IMG/VR virus record: IMGVR_UViG_3300017978_000035
Span: 1 to 50,708 of that record
Strand: one strand, 5' to 3'
Source of the DNA: a virus
Taxonomy: Duplodnaviria; Caudoviricetes
Length of the DNA stretch: 50,708 bases
Part shown: in pieces, positions 24,551 through 35,023 of the stretch
Numbering within the stretch: position 1 is the first letter of the stretch
Layout: each line of letters opens with the position of its first letter
Notes under the pieces: model-generated
Databases searched by the model: none
The model's input: the letters and a program-made list of their open reading frames with translations, nothing else
What the model was told of the DNA's origin: nothing
Made by a program: the position numbers and the translations under genes

Positions 24551-27500
24551 ATGGCATCTTCATCTTTAATTAAAACAATTTTGCACAGAGCACTTGCTGA
24601 GGGTGTCTACAGAGATGTGGTCACCCGTAGTGCATCGTACTATTATTTCCTAGGTAAGACGATTACTTGGGAGGATGATTCTGTGCCTCCATATCCTATC
24701 GACAGTCTTGCATATGAGCATGATACTCGTAACGAGATCATCACATTGAAAGAGATTCGTCCATCTGACGTTGCCTTCGTTGTGCCGAGAAACAACTGGA
24801 CTGCAGGTATCATCTATGACATGTATGATGACCAATACTCTGATGAGGTTATTGGTCTCAACATCGTTTCTGGCGGTTCTGGCTATATTGACCCAACTGA
24901 CGTTTCAATCGAAATCACAGGTGGTGGTGGAACTGGTGCTAAGTTCAATGCCGTTGTGCAAGACGGTAAAATTGTAGACGTTGACTTGGTTGCCAAAGGT
25001 TCTGGTTATACATCCACACCAACAGTTACTGTTGTATCAAGTTCAGTAACAGACCAAAACGGTTCTGTTGCTCAACTTAAAGCTATCGTTAACGTTGCTC
25101 CATCTGGCGCGCAACGTATCGAAGATGCTCGTTTCTACGTAGTCACAGAAGACTACAACGTCTATAAGTGTTTGGATAACGCTGCTGGTTCTATTTCTAC
25201 ACAGAAGCCAACATCAACATCCCTACAACCTATTAAGACATCAGACAACTACGTATGGAAATACATGTACAGTATTCCAATTAACCTACGTAACAAATTC
25301 TTAACAGACACACACATGCCTGTTGTGTCTGCTCTGACCAACCAATTTTATTCTAATGGTTCGTTGGAAAACATTTTTATTGCTAACAAGGGTGCAGGAT
25401 ATACAACTGCTTCTATCTCTGTTACTGGTGACGGATATCGCGAGAAAGATCCAATCTTCTTGGAAAGCGTTATTGTTGGTCTTGGTGGAGAAGGATATAC
25501 AGATCAAACTGTTATCACTGTTCAAGACCCTATCGCTAACGGCTCTGCCATTATCGCTAACGGCTCAATCAACATCAGTCAAATTGTTTACAACACAAAC
25601 TTCGACTTCTACATTGCTGAGAACTCTGGTACGTTTGCTGACTATGAACCAACTCACCAAGAAGGTACTGTTCTAAACGGTTCTGTTGCTTTGAAGTATC
25701 TTGGCACTCGCGCTAAAGCTGTTGCTGTTGTGGAAGATAACGTAGAAGTTACTCCGAACGAATTCAAAGATGGTGTGATCACTGGTATCAACCTAATCGG
25801 TTCTGTTAGAGAAATTCGTATCATCAGTCCAGGTTCTGGATATATTAACCCACCAAGAATCACATTCTCTGGTGGCGGTGGATCATATGCCACAGCATCT
25901 CCTAAGATGTATGGCGACAAGGTTATTTCTGCATCTATCACAAACCAAGGTGATGGATACACAACTGCTCCGACTGTTATTATCGGAGATGAGTATGTAG
26001 CACTAGATGCTGTTCTTATCACTGAACAGTACTATGAAGGTACTAACTTATTCACAGTTGAGGTTGATGGTGTCAACGGTACTCGTAGTCTAACAACTGC
26101 TAACTACACAACTCCAATTTGGTCTATCGGCGCAAGCGTGACATTAAACTCTGAGGTTTACTACGCTAATCGTTTGTACAGAGTTGCAACTGCTGGTCTG
26201 TTGGGTACTACTGCTCCTACACATATCACTGGAACAGAATCTAACGGCTCCGCTGATTTGGAATATATCGGCAAACCACTAATCGTTTCTTCTGCACCAT
26301 TCTCTGGCGGTGGTGTTGCTACTCTTGGCGAGACTGTGTATGTTTCTAATCGCTTGTACAAAGTCACAACTGCTGGTCTGTTGGGTGACGATGCACCGAC
26401 ACACACAACTGGTTCAGAGCCAAGTGGAAGTTCGGTTCTTGAATACCTAGGACAACCTTCTAAGTACTCTTATGCTGGAGCAAGAGCCACTGGCGTTTCT
26501 GTTCTTCGTTTTGGTACTGGTTATTCTTCAACTCCATTGATCGTTATCACAGACCAAGACAACGGTGGATCTGGCGCAGATGCAAACTTCTTGACATCTA
26601 AGTCTGAAGCAAAGTTGATTCCAATTATTGAGAATGGTCAAGTTCAGTACGTTATCATCGAAGAAGGTGGTATCGGTTACACCAAAGCAACTATTGAAGT
26701 TGTTGACACTGGTACTACTGGTCGTGGCGCATCTCTGATTGCTGACTTGTCTATCGGTGCTATCGGTTCTCAGCAAGCGAACAACGAAATTTTAACACCA
26801 CCTGGAACTATTGATGCTATCAACGTTATCTCTGGTGGTTACTCATATGGTGTTGCAAACATCACTATCACTGGTGACGGTACAGGCGCTACTGCTGTTG
26901 CTGTTATCGACCCAGTCACAAACAGCATTTCTCGAATCAGAGTTACAAATCGTGGACAGAACTACACATACGCTGATGTGACTATCACTGGTAACGGTTA
27001 TGGTGCGAAGGTTCGCGCGATTATCACACCATACGGTGGACACGGTAAGAGTTCTCCAGAAGAATTGTATGCGAGAACTTTGATGTTCTACTCAAACATT
27101 TCTACTGACTTGAACCAAGGTATGTCTGTTAACAACGACTATCGTCAAGTTGGTATCATTAAGAACCCTCGCGTTTTCAGCGATGTTGAATACTACCAAG
27201 GTTCTATCGGTTCTGCATGTTTCGTTGTGCAGACTACATTGAACACTGAAGAATTCCCACGTGATAGTATGATTTACATTGAGCGTTCTGTTCCACCTGA
27301 AAATGAATGGACTGCTTCTACTGCTTACACTATCGGTACATACCTATACGCAGCAGACAGAATTTACATTGTTATTACTGCAGGTACATCTTCTAGAACT
27401 GCCCCAACAGTTGTTGACGGTACTGAAGTTAACGGTACAATGGTTGTGTCATATGTTGGTTCTACAAAGGTTAAGAAGCGTTACCGTATCGTTTCTTCAA

Positions 27501-27721
27501 CATCACAGTCTGCATTGTTACAGTCATTGGACAACGATATCCCTGTTGTCACAGACATCTTCACAAGCGAAACAAACAACGCACACTCATTCACAGTAGC
27601 ATCTGTTGGTAACCCCAACGTAGATAAATACTCTGGACAGATATTGTTTATTGACAACAAGCAAGGTTTCACACCGTCTGCAGACGAAACAATTACTCTT
27701 AGAACGATTATCCAATTCTAA
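24551..27721 (+). CDS. gp8: Baseplate wedge gp8-like protein, greatly expanded with repeats
   Basis: YY.LGK...W, VVPR.NW..G..YD.Y, FYV.T.DY.VYKCLDN, D.YVWKYMY, DYRQVGII.NP, SG.IL.IDN. Confidence 0.82.
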   Translation: MASSSLIKTILHRALAEGVYRDVVTRSASYYYFLGKTITWEDDSVPPYPIDSLAYEHDTRNEIITLKEIRPSDVAFVVPRNNWTAGIIYDMYDDQYSDEVIGLNIVSGGSGYIDPTDVSIEITGGGGTGAKFNAVVQDGKIVDVDLVAKGSGYTSTPTVTVVSSSVTDQNGSVAQLKAIVNVAPSGAQRIEDARFYVVTEDYNVYKCLDNAAGSISTQKPTSTSLQPIKTSDNYVWKYMYSIPINLRNKFLTDTHMPVVSALTNQFYSNGSLENIFIANKGAGYTTASISVTGDGYREKDPIFLESVIVGLGGEGYTDQTVITVQDPIANGSAIIANGSINISQIVYNTNFDFYIAENSGTFADYEPTHQEGTVLNGSVALKYLGTRAKAVAVVEDNVEVTPNEFKDGVITGINLIGSVREIRIISPGSGYINPPRITFSGGGGSYATASPKMYGDKVISASITNQGDGYTTAPTVIIGDEYVALDAVLITEQYYEGTNLFTVEVDGVNGTRSLTTANYTTPIWSIGASVTLNSEVYYANRLYRVATAGLLGTTAPTHITGTESNGSADLEYIGKPLIVSSAPFSGGGVATLGETVYVSNRLYKVTTAGLLGDDAPTHTTGSEPSGSSVLEYLGQPSKYSYAGARATGVSVLRFGTGYSSTPLIVITDQDNGGSGADANFLTSKSEAKLIPIIENGQVQYVIIEEGGIGYTKATIEVVDTGTTGRGASLIADLSIGAIGSQQANNEILTPPGTIDAINVISGGYSYGVANITITGDGTGATAVAVIDPVTNSISRIRVTNRGQNYTYADVTITGNGYGAKVRAIITPYGGHGKSSPEELYARTLMFYSNISTDLNQGMSVNNDYRQVGIIKNPRVFSDVEYYQGSIGSACFVVQTTLNTEEFPRDSMIYIERSVPPENEWTASTAYTIGTYLYAADRIYIVITAGTSSRTAPTVVDGTEVNGTMVVSYVGSTKVKKRYRIVSSTSQSALLQSLDNDIPVVTDIFTSETNNAHSFTVASVGNPNVDKYSGQILFIDNKQGFTPSADETITLRTIIQF
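26161..26455 (+). repeat. Tandem ~60-aa repeat (180-nt period) within gp8
   Basis: NRLY.V.TAGLLG..APTH.TG.E..GS..LEY.G twice; identical 20-mer CAACTGCTGGTCTGTTGGGT at 26187 and 26367. Confidence 0.85.
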
Positions 27722-27722
27722 G

Positions 27723-27729
27723 CTAAATA
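27723..27729 (+). promoter_or_regulatory. Late promoter box CTAAATA
   Basis: Intergenic, upstream of the 2334-aa gene. Confidence 0.65.
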
Positions 27730-27762
27730 ATAGAGATTAACTTTTAGATAAAGAGTTCACGA

Positions 27763-30700
27763 ATGGCACTAGATTTTAACACTGAACCGTACTTCGACGA
27801 CTATGACCAAGAAAAGGATTACTACCGTATCCTCTTCCGCCCTAGTTATGCTGTTCAGGCACGAGAACTGACTCAGATCCAAACGATTCTGCAAAGTCAG
27901 GTTTCTCGTTTCGGCGATCACGTTTTCAAAAATGGTTCTCAGGTTATCCCTGGATCTGTAAACGTAGATAACCAATTCCACTTCATTAAGCTAGAGCCAT
28001 TCACTGGCACTATCGACATCAACACTTACATCGAGTCTTTCCGTGATAAGATTATCACAGGTGAACAATCTGGTGTTAAACTGCGTGTTGTTGATACGTC
28101 TCAGTGCGATTGCGTTGTAGACCAACTAGGTATTGCAACACTGTACTGTAAAATTGAGGGTACTGCTGCGAACGGTGAGACTAAACGCCTACAAGCTGGC
28201 GAAAACATCATCGCTTATGAAGATGACAACCTTAAAGTTAACAACTTCAAACTAACAGAAGACCAAGTTGGTGACATCACTGCTAAGATTCGTTCTACTG
28301 CGGATGATGGTTCTGTTGGCACATCTTACACTGGTGACCCAACACACGACGTTCTTGGTCTAGCTTACGGTGTTGATGTTAAAGAAGGTATCTACTACAT
28401 TGACGGTATCTTCGTTCGTAACCCAGAACTCCACTTGTACGTTGGTCGTTTCGACAACAAACCTACTGCTCGTGTTGGTTTCCAAGTTATCGAAGAAACT
28501 GTTTCCCCAGAAGACGATGTCTCATTGCTAGACAACGCTACTGGTTCATATAACTATGCAGCACCAGGTGCTCACCGTTATAAAATTTCTCTGAAGTTGG
28601 TTAAGCTACCACTTCTATCTACAGACAACATCAAGTTCGTTGAACTACTGCGTGTTGTTGATGGTCGCGTACAACAGAAGATCGAAAAAGCCACTTACGC
28701 TGAAATCGCTAAGACATTGGCTCGTCGCACATTCGATGAATCTGGTAACTATGAAGTTAACAAGTTCATGTTGTCTATCCGCGATCACTTGGATGATGGC
28801 ACTAACTACGGTTTGTACCCAGAACAACCAGCAAGCCCAATTGCTGGCATGACATATGGTGAAGCAGACAAAGCAGTTATCGCAGTAGATCCAGGGAAAG
28901 CATACATTGACGGTTACGAAGTTGAAGCTGTTTCAACTCAGTACACTGTATTCGATAAGGCTCGTGGTGATGACCACGTTGAGTCTATCACTCTAGATCC
29001 AGTTGGTGTTCCAGTTGGTAACTATGCATTGGTGTCTAACGTATATGCGCAACCAACAATCTCTTCTTTCGAGAGAGTGTACTTGGTTAAGAAGCTAGTG
29101 GTTTCTAACGGCGCACTTCCAACATCTACTGACGTTGTTGGTACTGCTCGCGTTAAAGCATTCCAACTACACAGCGGCGACTATTCAGCTGGCACATCTA
29201 CTCAATACAAACTAGCCTTGCTAGATGTTCAGATGTACAGCGGTTACTCTTTCGAACGAGATGTTAAATCTGTTTCTGGTATTAAGACTAGCGGCACTAA
29301 CTTCACTTGCGATATCGTACCAACGCTAATCAACTTGACTGGTGGTGCTACTATTGCAAACGCATCGACTAGCTTGGTTGGTTCGAACGCTCTATTCTCA
29401 ACAGAATTGAAATCTGGTGATATTGTCTACATCGATGGTGTTAAGATCGGTACAATCAGCACTACACCAACAGGTAACAACGCTGCAACTCTATCAGCTG
29501 CTTATGGTGGTACTACTATCGCCACTGCTGGTAAGATTCAGGTATTCCGCGCCACTCTAAATGAACAAGACCGTAACACTCTATTGTATAGCGTTGGTTA
29601 CGAGATGGTCAAGACTCTAAAGGGTAAGAACTCTAGCGGTCTTTATGACTTGGACACATCTACAATCGTTTCTCGTGTTAGCTTCTCTCAACAACAATCT
29701 AGCACTGCAGACGGTTACATCAAAGTAACATTCAACATCTCTGGTGGTGAGTTCTTGGATAAGTCTGACTTGTCTAACTTCACATTGTTCGACGCTACAA
29801 CTAATCGCCCAGTTTCTGTTGGTGTTTCTAACATCGAATTTAACTCTGATTCTAACCGCACTTCTGTCACATTCAAAGAATTGGCATCTGGCGCTACTCT
29901 TCTAGTTGACTCGCGCAACTACACCCTAATCGCTTCTGTTACACGTACAGCTGCATATGGTGGCGCGAAGGCTAAGAACCTAGAAGTTAACTACGCTGAC
30001 TACATCTATGACAAGCGTGTTTGCACAGCAAGCACTATCGAGTTGGCAATGGCTGACATCTATCGCTTGATCAAAGTTGAAGTAGACCCAACTAGCTACG
30101 GTGCATTCAATCCATCTAATGCTGTAGATATCACTGATTACTACACATTGGACAACGGACAACGCCCAACTCACTACACAAACGGTAAGCTGAACTTGAA
30201 GGCAGGTATGCCAGTTCCAGCTGGTTGCTTGAAGGTGACATATGACTACTTCACAGTTGCTGGTCCAACAGGTCAGTACTTCACTGTAGACTCTTACACT
30301 GCTGACTTGGAATTGTACCAAATCCCAACATACTACTACTCTTCTGCCGACGGCAAGAAGATTGAAGTTTCATTGGGTGATGTTATCGACTTCCGCCCAG
30401 TGGTTGCTGGTAACAACACATGGTTCCCAGAGATTCCAAAGATCGGCACTAGCGTAACTACACCTATTGCTTACTACATGGGTCGTCAAGACAAGATCGT
30501 TCTTGACTCTATTGGTCGATTCAACATCATCAAAGGTGTTCCATCTCTATATCCAAAGGAGCCAGAGGATCCAAAAGAAGGTATGGTACTTGCTACAATG
30601 TACATCCCACCATACACTAAGGACATCAAACAGATCAAAGTCACACAACGTGACAATCGTCGTTACACAATGAAGGACATTGGTAAGTTGGAGAAGCGTA

Positions 30701-33700
30701 TCTCCAACTTGGAATACTATGTTGCATTGAGCACTCTAGAAAAAGATGCTGCAACTATGTCTATCAAAGACGATGACGGTTTCGATAAATTCAAGAACGG
30801 TTTTATCGTTGACACATTCACTGGTCACGGCATCGGTGATGTTAAGAACGAAGACTATCGTATCGCTGTAGATGCTCAAAACAAGCACCTACGCCCAATG
30901 ACTTATACAACTGCTTTGCAGATTGTTGAAGACTTGGTATCTGATACACAACGTTCTTCTCTACCATATCAAAAGACTAACGACCTTATCACTCTACCAT
31001 ACACTGAGTCTGAGTTCATCTTCAATACAAACGCAACCCGTTCTATTGACGTAAACCCATACAAGATTGGTGCTTTCAAGGGTGAAGTTATCCTTACTCC
31101 AGAAGGCGACAACTGGATGGATACAGATCGTCGTCCAGACAAACAAGTTACTGATAACAACAACTATGACGCCATCGCCTATTTGGCTGAAAAAGTTGGT
31201 GTTACTGGTACTGTGTTTAACTATCACGAGGCTAACTGGTCTGGTCAATTAACTCAGACTGATCCAGCTTACTCTCAAACTGGTAACCCTGCTGCTCGTC
31301 GTCAGATCGTCACTGGCTACCAAACTGACATGTACATTGAGACTGGTGTTATTCCAGTTGACAAGATCGTTACATCTGTTCAGAGCACAGAGAACCAAAT
31401 CGACTACGGTGACCGAGTTGTTGACATGTCGTTCGCTCCATACATGAGAGCACGCCCTATTACAGTTATCGCTAAGAACTTGAAAGCGAACACTCGTTTC
31501 TGGGCATTCTTCGATAACATCAACGTTAACTCTCACATCACTCCATCTAACGTATTCACAGTTGAACGTAATGGTACAACTAAGATGTCGTTCGATCTAA
31601 ATGACCTACAGAACCAAACTGTTGGTGATAACCCAGATCGTGCATACAATGGTAAGATTGAGCCAGCATTCGCAAACGGTGACTTGGTTAAGAACGAAGC
31701 GCACACTGCGACTAAGATTACTGGTATCACTCACCTAACATCTGCTGCTACTTCTTTCAGTCTGACTGTGTTGTCTGCAGCAGGCATCAAGCCTGGACAC
31801 CACGTTCGTTTTGAAAATATGGCATTGTACAATGGTCAAGGTTCTAGAAACCTATATGACTTGTACAGCAACCAAGGTGTTGGTGCTAGCCAAGGTATCG
31901 CATCAAACACTCAGTCTTCTAAAGAACTGAACATGCGCGTGTTCAAGGTTACTGCTGTTAACGGTAACACAATCACTGTTGCTAACCCAGCAGGTGGTAA
32001 CATTGCAGCGTTCAGCGCATACAATGCAGCTACATACACTGGTGGCTTCTTCGGTAAACTACAACGCCTACAGGCATCTGCTGTTGTTGCATATGACGGT
32101 TTCGTTTCTGAATCTGACATATATGGTATCAAGACTCAACAGATCCACTTGGTAAACGTTCGTAACGGCTTTGCTATCAATGACGTTCTAGCGGGTTCTT
32201 CTGTAATTGCAGGTTCTGCTAACCTACGCAACAGCTGTACTGTTAAGTACATCAACGGTTCCAACTCTACAACAGTCGCTCCAACTATGAAAGTTAAGGG
32301 TGATACTCTTCGCGCTGACGTAGACGGTACTGTTGTTGGTGTGTTTGATATTCCAAACACAGACGGTCTAGCATTCCGTACTGGTGAGCGCACATTCAAG
32401 TTGATCGACAACGAATCAAACTCTGATGCTGGCTTCGACTCTAAAGGTTCTACAGTTTACTACTCTCAAGGTGTTACGCTGTCTAAAGAGAAGACTATCG
32501 TCAATAGCCGCACCGCATCGTTTGTGCAAGATCGCTTCTACGAAGAGATCCCTACTCGCCGTGTAGTTCCAGGCGCTACTCGTCAGATCTACTCTTACTA
32601 CACTGGTCACGACCCAGTTGCACAAACATTCGTTGTTAGCTCAACTGGTGGTGTGTTTGTTAGTTCAGTTGATATTTTCTTCCGCGAAGCAGGTATTCGC
32701 CCAGTCACTATCGAATTGCGTAGCACTAACAACTCAATTCCAGGGACTAAGGTTATCCCATTCTCACAAGTGACTAAGACTGCTCAGCAGTTGAACTTGT
32801 CTGATGATGGTTCTGCTGCAACAACATTCACATTCTCTGCTCCAATCTACTTGCAAGACGGTGAGACATACGCTCTTATCGTTAAGACTGATGAGCCTGG
32901 ATGCCAGTTGTTCATCTCTGAATTGGGTAAGAACGACCTTATCACTGACAACGTGATCACGTCACAACCATTGACTGGTTCTCTGTACTTGTCTCAGAAC
33001 AGTAAAGAATTTGAAATCAACCCATTGCTTGATATGAAGTTTGTTCTTCGCAAGGCAGTGTTTGATATCAGCAACTCTGTTACTATCGACTTCAGAGCTA
33101 ACCCACCAGCACCATATACTCTGCAAGCTAACCCATTCGAGATCACTCCAAACACTAACAAGGTTCGTGTTTATGCTCAAGATCACGGTTTCAAGGCTGG
33201 TGAGAAAGCTGTTATCAGCGGTGTTGTTGATGGCTACTATGGCACTGCATCTGCTGCTACTGGTATCCCAGCAACAGCTTTGAATGCAGAACACGTAGTT
33301 CAGTCTTATGGTATCGAAAAAGATTCGTTCATCATCGAGATCCCATTGACTATCACCGTTGACGGTGTTTCTACAGACGTTCTTTCTGGAACAACTGCAG
33401 ACTTCGTTAAAGGTAACTATGGTGGTAATACTGTTGTATGTACTCGCAGCTTGAACTTGGACATCTTGTACTTGAAGACTTCAGACTTGAACTTCCAAGA
33501 CACTAACATCTCTTATGAGATGGACGTTGAAAATATGGATGGCACTTCTACAGAAGGTATTGCTCTACCAGCGAATGCAAACTACTCATTCCCTAACCGT
33601 AAGCATATCCGCTCTTACGAGAACCAATCATTCCAAGGTTCTAGCGAGTACAAGACTCCATCGTTGAAGATCCGCGCTACACTTTCTTCTTCTAACAAGA

Positions 33701-34767
33701 ACGTTTCTCCAGTTATCGATACACAGAAGCTATCTGCTTACACTATCGCTAACTTGGTTGACAACTTGACTCAATCAGATGTGAACGTTGCAGAAATCGA
33801 TTCAAGATCTCTTCTATCTGATGAGAACATCTCTATCGGCGACGTTAAGGTAGCAGGTACTGGTACTATCAGTTCTTCTACTGCTAGCACAGCAGTAACA
33901 GGTAGCGGTGGGTTCACTGCAGGTTCTATGAAGGTTGTTGCTGGTAACAAGCTATGGAAGACAGATGGTACATTAATCGGTACTGTTCAGACTGTTAACA
34001 GCGATACATCTATCACATTGACTGCTAACGCTGCTGTTACTACCAACGCTGTTTCTTGGTCTTACTCTTCTACTCCATCTCTGGTGTTCTCTAACATTAC
34101 TGTTGATGGTGTATTGTGTGGTTTGATTGCAACAAACATTGACACTGCTGACAACCTATTGGCTAACGCCACTATCGGTAAGTATCTGGATATCTCTGGA
34201 ACTAGCGCTGCTAACCCTAAGCTAGATGGCACATACGTTGTTAAGGATGTTTATGTTCAGTCTGACTCTACAACATACGCAGGTAACGCTGACCTAGACA
34301 AGATTAACGTCTTGGTATATCCAGCATTCACTGGTTCTGGTCTTCCATACTCATTCGACATGGAAGCTGACTTGGACTTTGATATCAAGCAGTTGGATAA
34401 GTATGTTGAAGACTTCGCTCCAGTTGGTTGCCACAACGCTGCTAACTACATCACTAGAACATTGAACTTGGCTCAAGAAGCTAGTGATCTGAAGATTATT
34501 TTCGACGCATGTATCGTTAACAATACAGACGTTAAGATTTACTACAGAACTTGGAACGGTACGACTGATTTGTCTCGCCTACCATACAAAGAAGCTACAT
34601 TCAATAAGGCTTCTTATGATGCAGATGGCGTGTTCAAAGAACGCACAATCGACGTCAAGGGTATCACACCTGGATTCACTGCTGCTACGATCAAGATTGT
34701 TATGAAATCTTCTTCTCCAGCTAAAGTGCCAGTAATGAAAAACCTACGAGTAATCGCTACATCTTAA
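27763..34767 (+). CDS. Giant virion structural protein, VrlC/DUF4815-like
   Basis: FN..PYFDDY...K.YYRILFRP..AVQARELTQ.Q, APGAHR, LARRT.DESG.Y, NRRYTM.DIG.LEKRI, FKNGF.VD.F, DPVAQTF. Confidence 0.85.
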   Translation: MALDFNTEPYFDDYDQEKDYYRILFRPSYAVQARELTQIQTILQSQVSRFGDHVFKNGSQVIPGSVNVDNQFHFIKLEPFTGTIDINTYIESFRDKIITGEQSGVKLRVVDTSQCDCVVDQLGIATLYCKIEGTAANGETKRLQAGENIIAYEDDNLKVNNFKLTEDQVGDITAKIRSTADDGSVGTSYTGDPTHDVLGLAYGVDVKEGIYYIDGIFVRNPELHLYVGRFDNKPTARVGFQVIEETVSPEDDVSLLDNATGSYNYAAPGAHRYKISLKLVKLPLLSTDNIKFVELLRVVDGRVQQKIEKATYAEIAKTLARRTFDESGNYEVNKFMLSIRDHLDDGTNYGLYPEQPASPIAGMTYGEADKAVIAVDPGKAYIDGYEVEAVSTQYTVFDKARGDDHVESITLDPVGVPVGNYALVSNVYAQPTISSFERVYLVKKLVVSNGALPTSTDVVGTARVKAFQLHSGDYSAGTSTQYKLALLDVQMYSGYSFERDVKSVSGIKTSGTNFTCDIVPTLINLTGGATIANASTSLVGSNALFSTELKSGDIVYIDGVKIGTISTTPTGNNAATLSAAYGGTTIATAGKIQVFRATLNEQDRNTLLYSVGYEMVKTLKGKNSSGLYDLDTSTIVSRVSFSQQQSSTADGYIKVTFNISGGEFLDKSDLSNFTLFDATTNRPVSVGVSNIEFNSDSNRTSVTFKELASGATLLVDSRNYTLIASVTRTAAYGGAKAKNLEVNYADYIYDKRVCTASTIELAMADIYRLIKVEVDPTSYGAFNPSNAVDITDYYTLDNGQRPTHYTNGKLNLKAGMPVPAGCLKVTYDYFTVAGPTGQYFTVDSYTADLELYQIPTYYYSSADGKKIEVSLGDVIDFRPVVAGNNTWFPEIPKIGTSVTTPIAYYMGRQDKIVLDSIGRFNIIKGVPSLYPKEPEDPKEGMVLATMYIPPYTKDIKQIKVTQRDNRRYTMKDIGKLEKRISNLEYYVALSTLEKDAATMSIKDDDGFDKFKNGFIVDTFTGHGIGDVKNEDYRIAVDAQNKHLRPMTYTTALQIVEDLVSDTQRSSLPYQKTNDLITLPYTESEFIFNTNATRSIDVNPYKIGAFKGEVILTPEGDNWMDTDRRPDKQVTDNNNYDAIAYLAEKVGVTGTVFNYHEANWSGQLTQTDPAYSQTGNPAARRQIVTGYQTDMYIETGVIPVDKIVTSVQSTENQIDYGDRVVDMSFAPYMRARPITVIAKNLKANTRFWAFFDNINVNSHITPSNVFTVERNGTTKMSFDLNDLQNQTVGDNPDRAYNGKIEPAFANGDLVKNEAHTATKITGITHLTSAATSFSLTVLSAAGIKPGHHVRFENMALYNGQGSRNLYDLYSNQGVGASQGIASNTQSSKELNMRVFKVTAVNGNTITVANPAGGNIAAFSAYNAATYTGGFFGKLQRLQASAVVAYDGFVSESDIYGIKTQQIHLVNVRNGFAINDVLAGSSVIAGSANLRNSCTVKYINGSNSTTVAPTMKVKGDTLRADVDGTVVGVFDIPNTDGLAFRTGERTFKLIDNESNSDAGFDSKGSTVYYSQGVTLSKEKTIVNSRTASFVQDRFYEEIPTRRVVPGATRQIYSYYTGHDPVAQTFVVSSTGGVFVSSVDIFFREAGIRPVTIELRSTNNSIPGTKVIPFSQVTKTAQQLNLSDDGSAATTFTFSAPIYLQDGETYALIVKTDEPGCQLFISELGKNDLITDNVITSQPLTGSLYLSQNSKEFEINPLLDMKFVLRKAVFDISNSVTIDFRANPPAPYTLQANPFEITPNTNKVRVYAQDHGFKAGEKAVISGVVDGYYGTASAATGIPATALNAEHVVQSYGIEKDSFIIEIPLTITVDGVSTDVLSGTTADFVKGNYGGNTVVCTRSLNLDILYLKTSDLNFQDTNISYEMDVENMDGTSTEGIALPANANYSFPNRKHIRSYENQSFQGSSEYKTPSLKIRATLSSSNKNVSPVIDTQKLSAYTIANLVDNLTQSDVNVAEIDSRSLLSDENISIGDVKVAGTGTISSSTASTAVTGSGGFTAGSMKVVAGNKLWKTDGTLIGTVQTVNSDTSITLTANAAVTTNAVSWSYSSTPSLVFSNITVDGVLCGLIATNIDTADNLLANATIGKYLDISGTSAANPKLDGTYVVKDVYVQSDSTTYAGNADLDKINVLVYPAFTGSGLPYSFDMEADLDFDIKQLDKYVEDFAPVGCHNAANYITRTLNLAQEASDLKIIFDACIVNNTDVKIYYRTWNGTTDLSRLPYKEATFNKASYDADGVFKERTIDVKGITPGFTAATIKIVMKSSSPAKVPVMKNLRVIATS

Positions 34768-34768
34768 A

Positions 34769-35023
34769 ATGACTCTAAGACAAGTTGAAGGTTATAGTTC
34801 GTTGAGAAAGGACACCGATAACGGCGGTGTCATCAACGTTGACAATACAGCATACGCTCAGAGGCTTGCTACTCGCAACCTCGCTCTCCAACGCAAACAA
34901 GAGTTGGAGAGCACTAAAGAGAATGTATCGCATATGAATCAAGAGATAAATAATTTGAAGACAGAGGTTAAGGAAATCAAGGATCTCCTTATCACTCTAA
35001 CACAATCTATCAAAGGTAACTAA
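34769..35023 (+). CDS. Small coiled-coil protein
   Basis: V.G...L.KD...G.VIN, C-terminal heptad EI..LK.EV.EIK.LL; typical follower of VrlC-like genes. Confidence 0.75.
   Translation: MTLRQVEGYSSLRKDTDNGGVINVDNTAYAQRLATRNLALQRKQELESTKENVSHMNQEINNLKTEVKEIKDLLITLTQSIKGN
34946..34952 (+). promoter_or_regulatory. Possible late promoter box ATAAATA
   Basis: About 70 nt upstream of tail fibre gene 35023. Confidence 0.4.
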
